A DNA stretch of 64,000 nt from Gekko japonicus (lineage: Eukaryota), in assembly GCF_001447785.1 (NCBI RefSeq), contig NW_015173683.1, positions 1,074,243-1,138,242 on the forward strand, given 5' to 3'. The translations under genes were made by a program, and so were the position numbers. The notes under the pieces were generated by a model, which was not told the origin of the DNA, searched no databases, and saw only the letters and a list, made by a program, of their open reading frames with translations. Shown here in pieces: positions 13,086 to 25,086 of this stretch; the first letter of the stretch is position 1; every line of letters starts with the position of its first letter.

Positions 13086-13211
13086 CTGGTTGCTAGGTCC
13101 CACTTAGCTACCAGCAGGGGATGGGAGGACAGGGTTGTCAGCTCCAGGTTAGGAAACTCAGTTTGTAATTCTGGGAGAACTCCAGGCCCAACCTGGACAT
13201 TGGCAACCCTA
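13086..13211 (+). mobile_element. Short hAT-type MITE (TAGGGTTGCCA family)
   Basis: ctggttgctaggtcc ... ttggcaacccta termini. Confidence 0.65.
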
Positions 13212-13293
13212 TGTTCACTACAGCACCAATACACCCAAGTTGACACAGGACTTTATGGCACACCTAAAGAGAAGCACTGCCATGTTCCAGGCT

Positions 13294-13933
13294 TAGGGTT
13301 GTCAGGTCCCCCCAGGCCACTGGTAGGGGATGGGATTGCCAGATCTGTACTGGGAAACTCCTGGAGATTTGGGGGGGGCATCTGGAGAGGACAAGGACCT
13401 TAGTTGGGTACAAGCAGGGCTATTTTTGGGCAAGAACGCACAGGAACGGAGTTCCGGCTGGCTCCTGAGTTGGCCACGGCCAGCGTGAACTAATTAGCAT
13501 AATAGGCCACACCCAACAGCAGAAACTCATTAGGATTGGCTACATTAGGGGTGTGTGGCCTAACATGCACAGAAGTTCCTGCTACAAAAAAAGCCCTGGG
13601 TTTTGACAACAAACAAAGTAAACAGAATAAGAAGCAAAAGGTGGGTGTGGCTGGATGACCACACTTCTGGGAACATGGGGTGTAACCTAATATGCTAATG
13701 AGCTGTGCCATTTGGGTGTGGCCTAATATGCTAATGCGTTTATGCTATTGGGTGTGGCCTATTATGCTAATGAGTTCCTGCTGGGCTTTTTCTACAAAAA
13801 AAGCCCTGGGTACAAGGCCATACAACCCACCCTCCAAAGCCTCCCTTTTCTCCAGGGGAACTATCTCCAGACTACAGAGATCAGCTGTAATTCCAGGAGA
13901 TCTCCAGGTCCGACCTGGAGGCTGGTATCCCTA
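13294..13933 (+). mobile_element. hAT-type MITE (TAGGGTTGCCA family) interrupted by a second MITE
   Basis: tagggttgtcaggtcc ... ctggtatcccta; colinear with 17847-18093 once 13415-13816 is removed. Confidence 0.75.
13415..13808 (+). mobile_element. Composite hAT MITE (CAGGGCT..AGCCCTG) with two right ends
   Basis: Perfect 8-bp TSD ggtacaag (13407-13414 / 13809-13816); internal right end ctacaaaaaaagccctg at 13598 and outer one at 13808. Confidence 0.85.
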
Positions 13934-15602
13934 CAAACTCTAGTTTATTTCTACCAAAGGATTGCAATCAGCCACAAGAGCCCTCTGGGGCAGGAGGCCT
14001 TCCTTTGTGCTGCATTCTGCCTGCTATAACGAGCCAAGGTTCCCAGCTCCGTCTTGCACCTCCTGAAGTAGCTCCGTGCCTCTTTCCTTCCGCCCAGAAT
14101 TTAGCAAAGCCCAGCCCACCTCCTGTGATGGCCCCTCTCCAGTCCGGGGCAGCGCTCGCATGTTGCCATCGCAGGTGTGCCCAGTCCTCTCCATACTTAA
14201 TGCTCCACATTGGAAACACCTTGGATTTAATTCCTTACAATGAAGAGACAGAGGAAAGTCAGGCTCCTTAAATAACAGAAATGTGATATCGCCTTCAGGT
14301 TTTTGACTTCTTTTCCAGAGTGCCAATGCTCTCCATGGCTCTGGCCAGTTGGCAGCAAGCCGAGCGTGGACTGAGACACACTTCCCCTCCCCAGGCAAGT
14401 CAAGCAGGCAATTTGCAGAGGGAGAAGGGGGAGGCATGGCTGTTTGATGAGGGTACCAGGCACATTTGGGAGGGGGCATTGCCCTCGTGAGCCCCCCGTG
14501 GCTACGGGCCTGGATTCAGGATAGGGTATTCAGGATATGTGACTGTGATAGGCCTGTGCATAATGAGCTCAGTGCTTTACTTGTCAAACTGCTGGTGGAA
14601 AGTGTTGCAGAGACCCCCCCCTTCCATTCAAGACTCTTTGGCCTTTAACTGCAACAATCAAGAAGCGAGAAGGTACCAAGAAAAAATCTGTAGCATAGGT
14701 ACCATTTTGGAGATTGCTGACTTTCTCTAAGTTTTTTCAAGTGTAGTCATGTGATCACCAGCCGAACCTTTGTTCTTGCCACAAATTTGCTAGGTAACCT
14801 TAGGCTAACCACCTTTGGTTTCTTATTCTTTCGTCTGAAACGTGATAGTGGTGGTCTGCCTTACAAAAGCTGTTGTAAAGATTACTGTGCCAATTTATGT
14901 GAAATGATTTAAACCCTGAAAACCCTATATATACACTTCTTGATGGAAAGAAAAGCCTACATATATGAGGCTTTTAATTCATTTTTCCCCCAACGGAAAA
15001 TTTGGAAATTTGGGGGGGAATGGGAAAAAAACCCTCATATGAAATATTTTCTGTTTTAGAGTGAGTAAAATAGTTCTTAAGGCAAATATTTTCACATTCA
15101 AAATGCATAGCATGAAAAATTCTGAGGATTTTTCCAATGGAAAAATTTAACAACAAAAAGAAAAAAAAATTCTTTTTGAATGAGAAAAACTGTACAAAGC
15201 ATTGCACTCAGTCTAAAAGTACAGCCTGAAGAAGTCTATATTGTTTCTAATTATAATTTATTGTTAAGAGTACAGTGTTTTCAATGTTATGAAGTTTAGC
15301 TTAATATCCAGACCTACTGGCAGTCCTACCTGCCTAAATGATAGGTTTTCTCTTGTTAACTACAGAATTTTGTTTTCTACTCTCAACTATTTTTTTTCCT
15401 GTCTCTCTGAGGGCAAAAATTAAAAATGCATGTGGTATGGTAGCATAGGATGCAGCAGCTTGCAACTCTTTCTCAAGTATCACGTATAGTTGCAGTTTTT
15501 CTTATAGAAAAGGAAGATGCTTATACTGTTCAGTTCCATAAATATGCCAAAGGGTACAATTTTATATGCTACTTAAGTTGTGAATAATGCATTTCATGTT
15601 AG

Positions 15603-15673
15603 TTTCAAGGGGTAGTCATGTTGGTCTGCCGTAGAAAAGTTAGGTTCGAGTCCACTAGCACCTTAGAGACCAA
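15603..15673 (-). mobile_element. Short PLE terminal-repeat remnant
   Basis: gggtagtcatgttggtctgc..ttcgagtccactagcaccttagagaccaa matches the PLE end at 24965-25035. Confidence 0.7.
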
Positions 15674-17846
15674 TGTTTCATGTTGTTAATTCTGTAAAAG
15701 AAATTGCGGCTTGATAGGAATGTAAGTATTGCATATATTTCAGTTTCCTCCCAATTTTTTTTTCCAGGGAAAATTCCCCCATGGCTTAAAATTTCTGGAA
15801 ATCTTACCCCTCTACTGATTGATGATGGTAATGTTACAGTTGTGGGGCTTATTGCAATCAGTGCTACATATCTGGTTTTTACCCAATGCCCTTGCAGGCC
15901 TGCAAGGAATTTTTGGACATGGTACTTCAGTCTATTTATGCAAAAGTAGGCTTCACTGGTATATATTTTAATGACTCTTTTTATTTCAAGCCAGTGGGGT
16001 TCTAGATGGCAACTTTGGTATGTAATTCAGAGGCATTACAATCCACCAGAGCTTTGCCATGGATTTAAATCTGTGATAAACCTGAATGGTACATGAATCA
16101 GACCCTCAGTATGAGTTACGACCACTTCCTTGTCGACATAAAATTTGTCCTCCTTCGTCCTAAGGAAAAAAAATTATAGGCCTAGGCAGAGGATGAGGCT
16201 CTTCTCCCTCGTCTCTGAGAAAATACTTCAATAATAGTTTTCTTAAAAAAATAAAAGTTATCTAAGTTCAAACCCTGAATTAATGCATAATTTGTGCCTG
16301 GTTTTTCAGGTTTCTGTTCTTCAGTACTACTTAAAAACACAAAAAGAATACTGCAGTTTATTGCTGTAGCCCCTTTCTGAAGCTGCAGTCTTAATGACAA
16401 ATACTGAGGTATTCAAAAGAATTGAGCAAACATCCTCTTTAGGATAATACTGTTTGGGGATGGGCATGAAACAGCTGACAAACTTAAACTTTGTCATGAA
16501 TTTTGGTTGGTTTATGATTTGGGAAGCAAGGTTTGCAAACTGAAGAACCACCATGAACTTTATGAAATTTGATGCAGTTGGTGGCAGTTCGTGAACCTTG
16601 GGGAACAGAAAGCAGGGGAGCAGAAAGCTGTTTCCCATCTAAACAGCTGAGCTACAAGGGCAGCCTGCTGGCTGCCCAAGAATGCCCCTTTAAACAGCTG
16701 AGCTGCACCTAGCAGACTGCTCCCATGGCTCAGCTGTTTAGATGGGAAACAGCTGAGCCCTGGGGGAAGCTTGCTCACTCTGTTCTAATTGTATTATAGT
16801 AATTGATGTATACTGCCCTGAGCCCATTTATGGGGAGGGTGGGATATAAATCAAATAATAAATAAATAATGGCTTTAAAATATCTTGTCACATATTTGAT
16901 TCAGATTGTATCAGTTGAAATCTTTCTTATTCTCAACCTTCTAGTGTGCTTGATATTTCATTTTCAGTCCCAGAAAAAGTTGATTCAAAGCACTGGAAAA
17001 TCTGTTGTATGTAGTAATTTTAAGCCCAGTTAGGTTTTTCCAGCCTTTGGTTCATAGCAAACAACACTGTAGCGGAAACTGTGGGCATAATTCACTGTTG
17101 GAACAATTGCATTGAAACTTGCCTTCTAATTAATTCTTGAGATTTCTGACAGTTTGGTCTGACTTGGTAATAACTTCAAAGGGATAAGGTTCACAGTGTA
17201 GGCTCCAGACAACACCTTTTGAAGCTTGTATGTTGCTTTTGCATAAACCAAAGGGAACTCCAGAGCATGAATTGAGTGTAAAATTTTCTTAATGCATACA
17301 ATTTTAATGTTTTGGTTCTGAACTTTAAAGACTTATGTAAAATGTGGCTCGCAAGAGCCTACAGTCTTGCAGAATAAAGCTTGTTACTTAGAGAGCTATT
17401 CCTCCCCAAAGAACCTTTGTTCTTTTGTTTTGCGTGATGTTAGATTTTTCTTATTTCTTTCTGATCTTCTCTTATGTAGTATTTCTGTTGGATTTGGAAG
17501 ACCATTGATTTATCTGTTCATTGCAAGTACATTTTCCTTCCTTCCTTAGAGTGTTGCTTTTGTGCTGCCTCCAGTAAACCTTAACTGTGGACAGCTTTTA
17601 TTAGGCTTGTTAGTACTGAAGATAGTGGTGAAGACAAAATTGTATTCTGCCTATGCAAAGTTGTGAAGGATTGATAGCAAAAGCAAAATGAATCAATCCA
17701 TTTGGATCCTGGCAATCGGTTTTTATGGAGTCCCACTCCACAGGTGGAAATCCTTCTGTCTGTGGAAATGCTGTTTTGGATACAAACCACACTTTTGGTT
17801 TTGAAGTAATTGTGTTTGGTCAGAATAGGTTTAAATGCCAACAGAC

Positions 17847-18093
17847 TAGAGTTGCCGGGTCGGCCCTGGCCACCAGCAGGGGATGGGGGAGTAGGGTTAG
17901 CAGATCCAGGTTGGGAAACTCCTGGAGATTTGGGGGTGGAGCCTGGGGGAGACAGGGACCTCAGTGGGGTACAGTGCCATACAGTCCACCCTGCAAAGCA
18001 CCCATTTTCTCCAGGGGATCTGATCTCTTTAGTTTGAAGGTGAGATGTAATTCTGGGGAAATCCCAGATCCCACCCGGAGGCTGGCATCCCTA
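17847..18093 (+). mobile_element. hAT-type MITE (TAGGGTTGCCA family)
   Basis: tagagttgcc ... ggcatcccta TIRs; family body sequence. Confidence 0.75.
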
Positions 18094-18351
18094 CAATGGT
18101 CCCATGAAGCTACCTTTAAAATCACTGGTCTATCAAGGTCTGTATTGTATATTCTGTCTTGCAGTGACTGTCCAGATCTTTCAGGCTGAGGCCTTTCATT
18201 TTTATTGATTGATTTTGAAAATTTATAGTCCACCTTTCTCACTGAGACTCAAGGTGGTTTCCATAGTGTAAGTCAACACAGCCAACTGGATGGCACATCA
18301 AAAAACAAGGTAATAGGGTTATGATTGCAGAAATCTGAAACATGTCAAAGT

Positions 18352-18557
18352 CAATGTTCCCTCTAAGCTGTGAAGACTTGTGAGCAAAAATTCTACTTTG
18401 TGAGCTACTGGAGTTAAACTTAAGAGCAAATTATTTGGCTACTGCATAAATTAGTTTGCTCCGGAGCCATCCTTCCTGAGCTGAGACAAAAATGTGTGAG
18501 CTGGAGGCTAAAAAACTGTGAGCTAGCTCACAGTAACTCAGCTTAGAGGGAACACTG
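18352..18557. mobile_element. hAT MITE (CAGTGTTCCCTCTAAGCTG TIR)
   Basis: 19-bp TIRs; TSD gtcaaagt / gtcgaagt; second copy inverted at 42458. Confidence 0.85.
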
Positions 18558-18710
18558 GTCGAAGTATTGACATGACATGTTAAATAATGACCCAGAAATT
18601 ATATAGTAGGATTATACATACAGCTGCAGATAGTATGTAGTATACACAGTAATATAGTCCACAGTTCCTCCCCCTTCATTAAAGGATCTTTCTGAACCAT
18701 TCTGTTATAG

Positions 18711-19000
18711 CAGTGGTCCCCAACCATTTTGAGCCTGGAGGTACCTTTGGAATTCTGATATGGGGCGGTGGGTGCAACTACGAAATGGCTACTATACATG
18801 CACCTTCAGTCATGCAGTGAAGATCCTTGTGGTGGTAGCTGCCACCAAAGCAACATTTAAAAAACAGGCACAACCAGTCAGAAGCCCCGTAGGGCAAAAG
18901 CCTACCTGGTCCCACCTACTTTCTAAAAACACTTGGTGGGAGCCAGGAGAAGTGTCAGTGGACACCATGGTGTTCATGGACACCATGTAGTGGACCCGTG
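18711..19000 (+). mobile_element. hAT-Charlie-like MITE
   Basis: cagtggtccccaacc left TIR; degenerate right end tggacccgtg. Confidence 0.55.
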
Positions 19001-20399
19001 CACCTGTGTAAAAATGTCCTCCTGAATATTTCAGTTTTACATAGTTTGTAGAATGCTAGTAGAGTGGGAGCCTTCCTGACCTCATTAGGCAGGCCATTCC
19101 ATAAGGTTGGGGGTGGGCCACAACGGAGAATGCATGTGAATGGGCAGATGTTGATCTTGCCTATTTGTAGGGGGGCACCTGTAGAAGACCCTGCTTAAAT
19201 GAGTGAAGCTGTCGTGGTGGAGCATAGAGGGAAAGCTGAGGGTATGAGGGTTTTGCAGATATGAGAGTTCAAGGCCATGAAGGGGTTTGTATGCAACAGC
19301 TAGTACCTTGAGTAAAGCTTGGTAACTGATGGGTAACCAGCCACTGAAATGACTGCAGAATGGGAGTAATATATATGATCCGTCTAGCTCAACTGAGTTG
19401 GACGAAGGTGTTTTTTGCAGCAATATTAACTAGTTTCTCCAGCAGTAATGTTAGACCCAGTGTATCCATAGGCTCTTAATCAGCAAGGTTAACATGAATC
19501 CCATTGAAGGTGGGAAGTACAGTGTCCTTCAAGATCTCCACTTTCCCAGCCAACACAACCTCTGTTTTGTTAGGAGTTCATTTCAGTTTGTTCACTTTTA
19601 GCCATTTAACTTTAACACACAAGCGGCAATTCAGGGCCTCTGCCATATCACCAGGAGATTTGGATAAGGATATATAGACCAGAGTGTTGTCAATATGTTG
19701 GTGACAGCGAAGGCCCAAACTATGAATGGTTTGTCCTAAGGGCTTTACATAGAGGTTTAATAGTGCAAGGGATCAGGTTGTACCCCATGGAGCCTCACAG
19801 GGTAGGTCCCACGCTAATGACAGCTGTGATGGCAACTCTTTGAGTCTTGTCTGTGAGGAATTATTTGAAGCAGTCCAAAGCACATCTCCTGATATGTCCT
19901 TTTGCCTCCAAACACTTTCACAGGGTCATGGCCCACTGTTCCAAAGGCTGCAGATAAATCCAAAGGAGCAACAAAGGGAGAAGGCATTCAGATAGAGGTT
20001 ATCAACTAAGCAGCCAGGACTGCCTCTGTCCTGTAGCCCAGCCTGAAGCCAGACTGGAAAGGGTCCAGAGCAGATGAGTTAACCAAGAAGAGTTGGATCA
20101 TCTAATTCTGTCACTTTGCCCAGAAAGGGCAGAAGAGAGGTTGGACAATACTTGGTCACATAATTTTTCTGTAGGGATGTTTTCTTAATTGATGGATACT
20201 GCCTATTTGAATTGCCAGGGGAAGATGCTCTGAGCTAGTGATCGATTTATGACAGACATCAATGTGATCCTTGCATGATTTTAACAGCCAGGATGGGCAA
20301 AGATCCAGGGAACAGTCAGTGATTTCGCAGATCTCAGGATCCTATCAACATCCATCACAGAAAATGAGTCAAGATGGTCCATAAATAGACCAGACCAGA

Positions 20400-22170
20400 T
20401 GTAAAAGGTAAAAAGGATTCCTTTAAGCAGTGGAAAGCTAGTCACAGTGAGGCTGATAAAACGGAACACAGGCTATGGCAAATAAAATGCAAGTCTGTGG
20501 TCGGGCAGGCAAAAAGGGAATATAAGGAGCATATAGCAAAAAATGTAAAGACCAAAAATAAAACTTTCTTCAAATACCTTAGAGGCAGAAAACCAGCCAG
20601 GGAGGCAGTGGGGCCCTTGGATGACCAAGGGGTAAAAAGAGTACTGAAGGATGATAGGGAAATGGCTGAGAAGCTAAATGCATTTTTTGCCTCTGTCTTC
20701 ACTGTGGAAGATGAGAAGTGCTTGCCCACTCCGGAACCGCTGATTTCAGGAGGGGTGTTGAAAGACCTGAGTCAGATTGAGGTGACAAGAGAGGAGGTCC
20801 TAAAACTGATAGACAACTTAAAAACTGATAAATCACCAGGCCCAGATGGCATACATCCGAGAGTTCTGAAAGAACTCAATTGTGAACTTGTGGATCTCCT
20901 TACAAAAATATNNNNNNNNNNNNNNNNNNNNNNNNNNNNNNNNNNNNNNNNNNNNNNNNNNNNNNNNNNNNNNNNNNNNNNNNNNNNNNNNNNNNNNNNN
21001 NNNNNNNNNNNNNNNNNNNNNNNNNNNNNNNNNNNNNNNNNNNNNNNNNNNNNNNNNNNNNNNNNNNNNNNNNNNNNNNNNNNNNNNNNNNNNNNNNNNN
21101 NNNNNNNNNNNNNNNNNNNNNNNNNNNNNNNNNNNNNNNNNNNNNNNNNNNNNNNNNNNNNNNNNNNNNNNNNNNNNNNNNNNNNNNNNNNNNNNNNNNN
21201 NNNNNNNNNNNNNNNNNNNNNNNNNNNNNNNNNNNNNNNNNNNNNNNNNNNNNNNNNNNNNNNNNNNNNNNNNNNNNNNNNNNNNNNNNNNNNNNNNNNN
21301 NNNNNNNNNNNNNNNNNNNNNNNNNNNNNNNNNNNNNNNNNNNNNNNNNNNNNNNNNNNNNNNNNNNNNNNNNNNNNNNNNNNNNNNNNNNNNNNNNNNN
21401 NNNNNNNNNNNNNNNNNNNNNNNNNNNNNNNNNNNNNNNNNNNNNNNNNNNNNNNNNNNNNNNNNNNNNNNATCCGCCAATATCATAATGCCCCTATATA
21501 GATCAATGGTGCGACCTCATTTGGAATACTGTGTGCAGTTCTGGTCACCACACCTTAAAACGGATATTATAGCTTTGGAAAAAGTGCAGTAAAGGGCAAC
21601 TCAAATGATAAAAGGGTTGGAACACTTTCCCTATGAGGAAAGGTTAAGGCGCTTAGGGCTCTTTAGCTTGGAGAAACGACGACTGAGGGGTGACATGATT
21701 GAGTTTTATAAGATTATGCATGGGATAGAGCAGGTAGAGAAAGAGGTACTTTTCTCCCTTTCTCACGTTACAAGAACTCATGGGCACTCCATGAAATTGC
21801 TGAGCGGTCGGGTTAGAACGGATAAAAGGAAGTACTTCTTCAACAAAAGAGTAATACATGGAATTCACTGCCACAGGAAGTGGTGGCAGCTACAAGCATG
21901 GACGGCTTCAAACGGGAATTAGGTAAGCATATGGAGCAGAGGTCCATCAGTGGCTATTAGCCACAAGGTATAGATAGGGACTCTGGGGCAAGTGATGCTC
22001 TGTCTTCTTGGTGCTTGGGGGGGGTCAACAAGGGGAAGGCTTCTAATGTCCTGGCCCCACTGGTGGACCTCCTGATGGCACCTGGTATTTCTGGGCACTG
22101 TGTGACACAGAGTGTTGGATTGGATGGGCCTTTGGCCTGATCCAACATTGGCGTCTCTTATGTTCTTATA
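20400..22170 (+). mobile_element. CR1 LINE, 5'-truncated (ORF2 relic + 3' UTR), spans an N gap
   Basis: [83 protein letters not shown]; in-frame stop ~21590; cttatgttctta tail. Confidence 0.95.
20912..21471. other. Assembly gap (N)
   Basis: Run of N. Confidence 1.
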
Positions 22171-23429
22171 TTAGACATATGATCCCTTGTACCAGCGATG
22201 CCAAATATTGAACCTGAGACTTTTTCATGCAAATCAGGTGTTTATTGATGAGCTGTAACCTTTTCCCAAATACAACAGTGATGGTAAATGGAAAGAGGAC
22301 AGAAAATTATCTGTAAATATAAATGTTAAGCAACAATGTACAGCCTAGAAGAGGTGGCTGTTGCTTTCGGAGACCAATATTTTTTCCTCCTCGGGCTGAA
22401 AATAATTGGACAGAGCTGGTTTGACAGAGTCAGAGAATGGTCAAACAGTGATTGGAGGAAGTGGGATGGAGAGGCCCCAGCCAGCCCTGAAACAATGCCT
22501 GTCTGCATCTGTGCTGCATCTTTTTATGGCCTCCACTAGGATTGCCACCTGAAGAGCACAAAGCAAGAAAGAGTTTCTGACACTGTAAGAATACAACGTC
22601 AGAACTCCAACAGTACTTACACAATCCTCATAGTGTATTAAGCTTGCTTTCTGCAGCTATGGTTTTCTGCACGTTAAGAAACTTAAGCTCACATAAAATT
22701 AATTAGCAAACAGCAGTACCCTTTAGGCACATTAAAATTAGTCTGTTACCTAAAAAGATAATTAAAGCATTAAAATTAACAAAAGAATGTGCGTTACTGG
22801 GTTGTCATATTTTGAAATGTTTAAAAGCATTCCATGTACATACCTTAATGTGGAGCTTATTTCCACGTGGAACACCACATCAAAGAAGCAATCCAAAGCA
22901 GGCCTCTGAATGCTCTTCAGGTCTATTCTATGGGGCTCACTCCCAGGAAAGTGTAGTAAACTTTTGAATTCACATCACATAAAGTTAGCATGGCACATAT
23001 GTTTGGTTTGCTAAATAGAAGTCAAACATGCTAAATCAGATCCCAGTCGCTTTAGGACACTTGGAAAATATGAAATTTAACAAACCACCACCCCCAAGCC
23101 TCAGTAGCTGGATGTAGTAATGGTGGTGGTGAGGAGAGCTGGTTCCTGAGTCAGATTTCTGTATGTGTAAGCTACAGCTCTGCAGTGCTGGGGAAACACA
23201 CGAATTGGGTAGTACTGAGATACAATCATTAGCAATTCCTACAATTCCATTGGGTCTCACATGATAGTCTGGTCTGGAATATTATGAGATAAAGAAGCTT
23301 GTGATGAGCACATGTTTTTCCACAACCAAGTAACTAAGGTCAGTCCTGCATACATCTGGGGCTAGGCTGACATTGCATAGAGGCTGATGATCTAGTGTAG
23401 ATCTCTGGAGTTTCAGGCTCTCAAGCAGT

Positions 23430-23683
23430 AGAAGAAGAAGAGATTGGATTTATACCCCGCCCTTCACTCAGAGTTTTAGAGTGGTTTACAATCTCCTTTC
23501 CCTTCCCCTCCCCACAACAGACACCCTGTGAGGTACGTGGGGCTGAGAGAGCTCTTTCGCGAACTGCCGTTGAGAGAACAGCGCTGAAAGAACTTATGAC
23601 TAACCCAAGGTCACACCAACAGCTGTGTGTGGAGGAGTGTGGAATCAAACCTGATTCTCCCAGATTAGAGTCAATGCTCTCTT
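23430..23683 (-). mobile_element. Gecko-type tRNA/CORE SINE (Squam3-like), 5'-truncated
   Basis: (CTT)n tail, ggggtataaatccaatctc, cacagggtgtctgttgtgggg; copies at 37594, 42346, 44571. Confidence 0.8.
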
Positions 23684-23825
23684 AATGTGCGTGACTGCCT
23701 TGATAGAAGTAGGGATGTACAAACTGAGAGGTCTCTCGCCATGGTCCCTTTCATATGGGCTCCTGATCATGTGCTTTGTTCTGAAGACAATCTGATTTTT
23801 TAAAATGGTTTCACACACCTAAAGG

Positions 23826-24404
23826 ATAATAATAATAATAATAATAGTAATAATAATAATAGTAATAATAATAATACTTTCCATTTATTAATCGCTTTCC
23901 CCAGTGGGCTCAAAGGGATGTACAGTTACTCAGTATAGACAGGGGACTAACAATGTTTGTAGGGGATAGGGAAGACAACATATATTCATTTTTAATTGCA
24001 CGCGCCGTCACTGCCCAGTATAGATGTCTTTCTGGCTTGGCTCAGTCATTTTCCGCAGGGCTGCTTGTTGGCCAGGCTTCAGGACCCATATGTCAATCGC
24101 CACACTGCCACCGCCTGGCCGGAACGTCCATTGCAGGGATTCTTTCGTAGCCCAGAAGCTGTTTCGCCTTCCAAGCCTCGACCAGGACGTCCGACCGTCA
24201 GCTAACACCCTCCCACAAAGGAGATTGGCATGCCCACTCTCTCTAAGGAGTGGTTCCCATTTTATCTACTCGCCGAAGTTTTCGAATCGCTGGGTGGACG
24301 ATGAATTGGGGACAATAGGCTGGCTGCTCACACCAGCGCGGGGCTTGAACCAACACAGTTCAGATGTTAAGACAGTGGGATATAACCAGTGTGCCACCGC
24401 TCCC
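23826..24404 (-). mobile_element. CpG-rich tRNA SINE with Sauria-like head, L2-like tail and (ATT)n end
   Basis: Minus strand head gggagcggtggcacactggtta..ggttcaagcc; gagtagataaatgggaaccact resembles Sauria SINE core; tail tttgagcccactggggaaagcgattaataaat + (AAT)n at 23826-23876. Confidence 0.65.
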
Positions 24405-25047
24405 CTGTGCAATAGCAATAAAAAGGATTAAAACAGATTTTTTAAACTCGAGTATAAGGCTTCATTGACTGCGGGAGGACTGCATTAATCCTTAAATTGT
24501 GCAAAACCTTAAAAACAATTCAGTTTGCCTTTAGAAGCTAATACAAATTAAAGAGCCCGTATGAAAGGGAACCAGCTCTTAACTTTTTGATGCTCTTTCC
24601 AAACTAAGACTGGCAGCCCTTTTACGGACAGCAGATACACTGGGTGTTTGGCCAGGGATCCTCCTTCCGGTCTCCAGGAGTGACCCCGAGTACATCTATC
24701 CTACAGACTTATTGCACCATTCTCTCTTCCAGGGAAACTGTAGCTTGTGGAGATAGGAAGGTGGTAGGAATCTGTAATGAAAGGAATTTTCAGCGTTCTT
24801 ACCAAATTAAAATCCCCCAAATCTTTAACGTGGATATACCCCTAGAATGTGAGCTGTAAAATCAGGAAATCCCCCGGTTCAAAATCTCAGCTCTGCTACA
24901 AACTTGCTAGATGGTGTTTGGATAAGATGAGAGAGGCCCGTTTTACATAGTTAACTATAAATCCAGGTGGGCAGCCGTGTTGGTCTGAAGCAGTTGAACA
25001 AAGTTCGAGTCCAGTGGCCCCTTTAAGATCAACAAAGTTTTATTCAA

Positions 25048-25086
25048 GGTATGAGCTTTCGTGTGCACGCGCACTTCCTCATATAC
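25048..25086 (-). ncRNA. Minimal type-I hammerhead ribozyme motif in PLE terminal repeat (core C3 mutated)
   Basis: Minus strand GTAT-ATGAGGA-A-GTGCGCGTGCACAC-GAAAGCTC-ATAC: helix I GTAT/ATAC, core ATGAGGA versus CUGANGA, helix II, GAAA, short AGCT palindrome in place of helix III. Confidence 0.7.

Larger units (their letters stand above)
18195..20240 (-). mobile_element. Degraded L2 LINE 3' half, interrupted by MITEs
   Basis: ORF 19085-19423 contains WLPISYQ..LKVLAVAYKPLHGLELSYL (L2 ORF2 C-terminal motif WLP..FK.L..YKAL.GL.P.YL); L2-type 3' tail at 18195-18270. Confidence 0.7.

Noticed and set aside
20833-21592. Long ORFs of 217-334 aa
   Set aside because: Length is due to N runs; only the flanking CR1 ORF2 pieces are real. 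The 560-N gap also looks shorter than the missing RT region, so the gap size is unreliable
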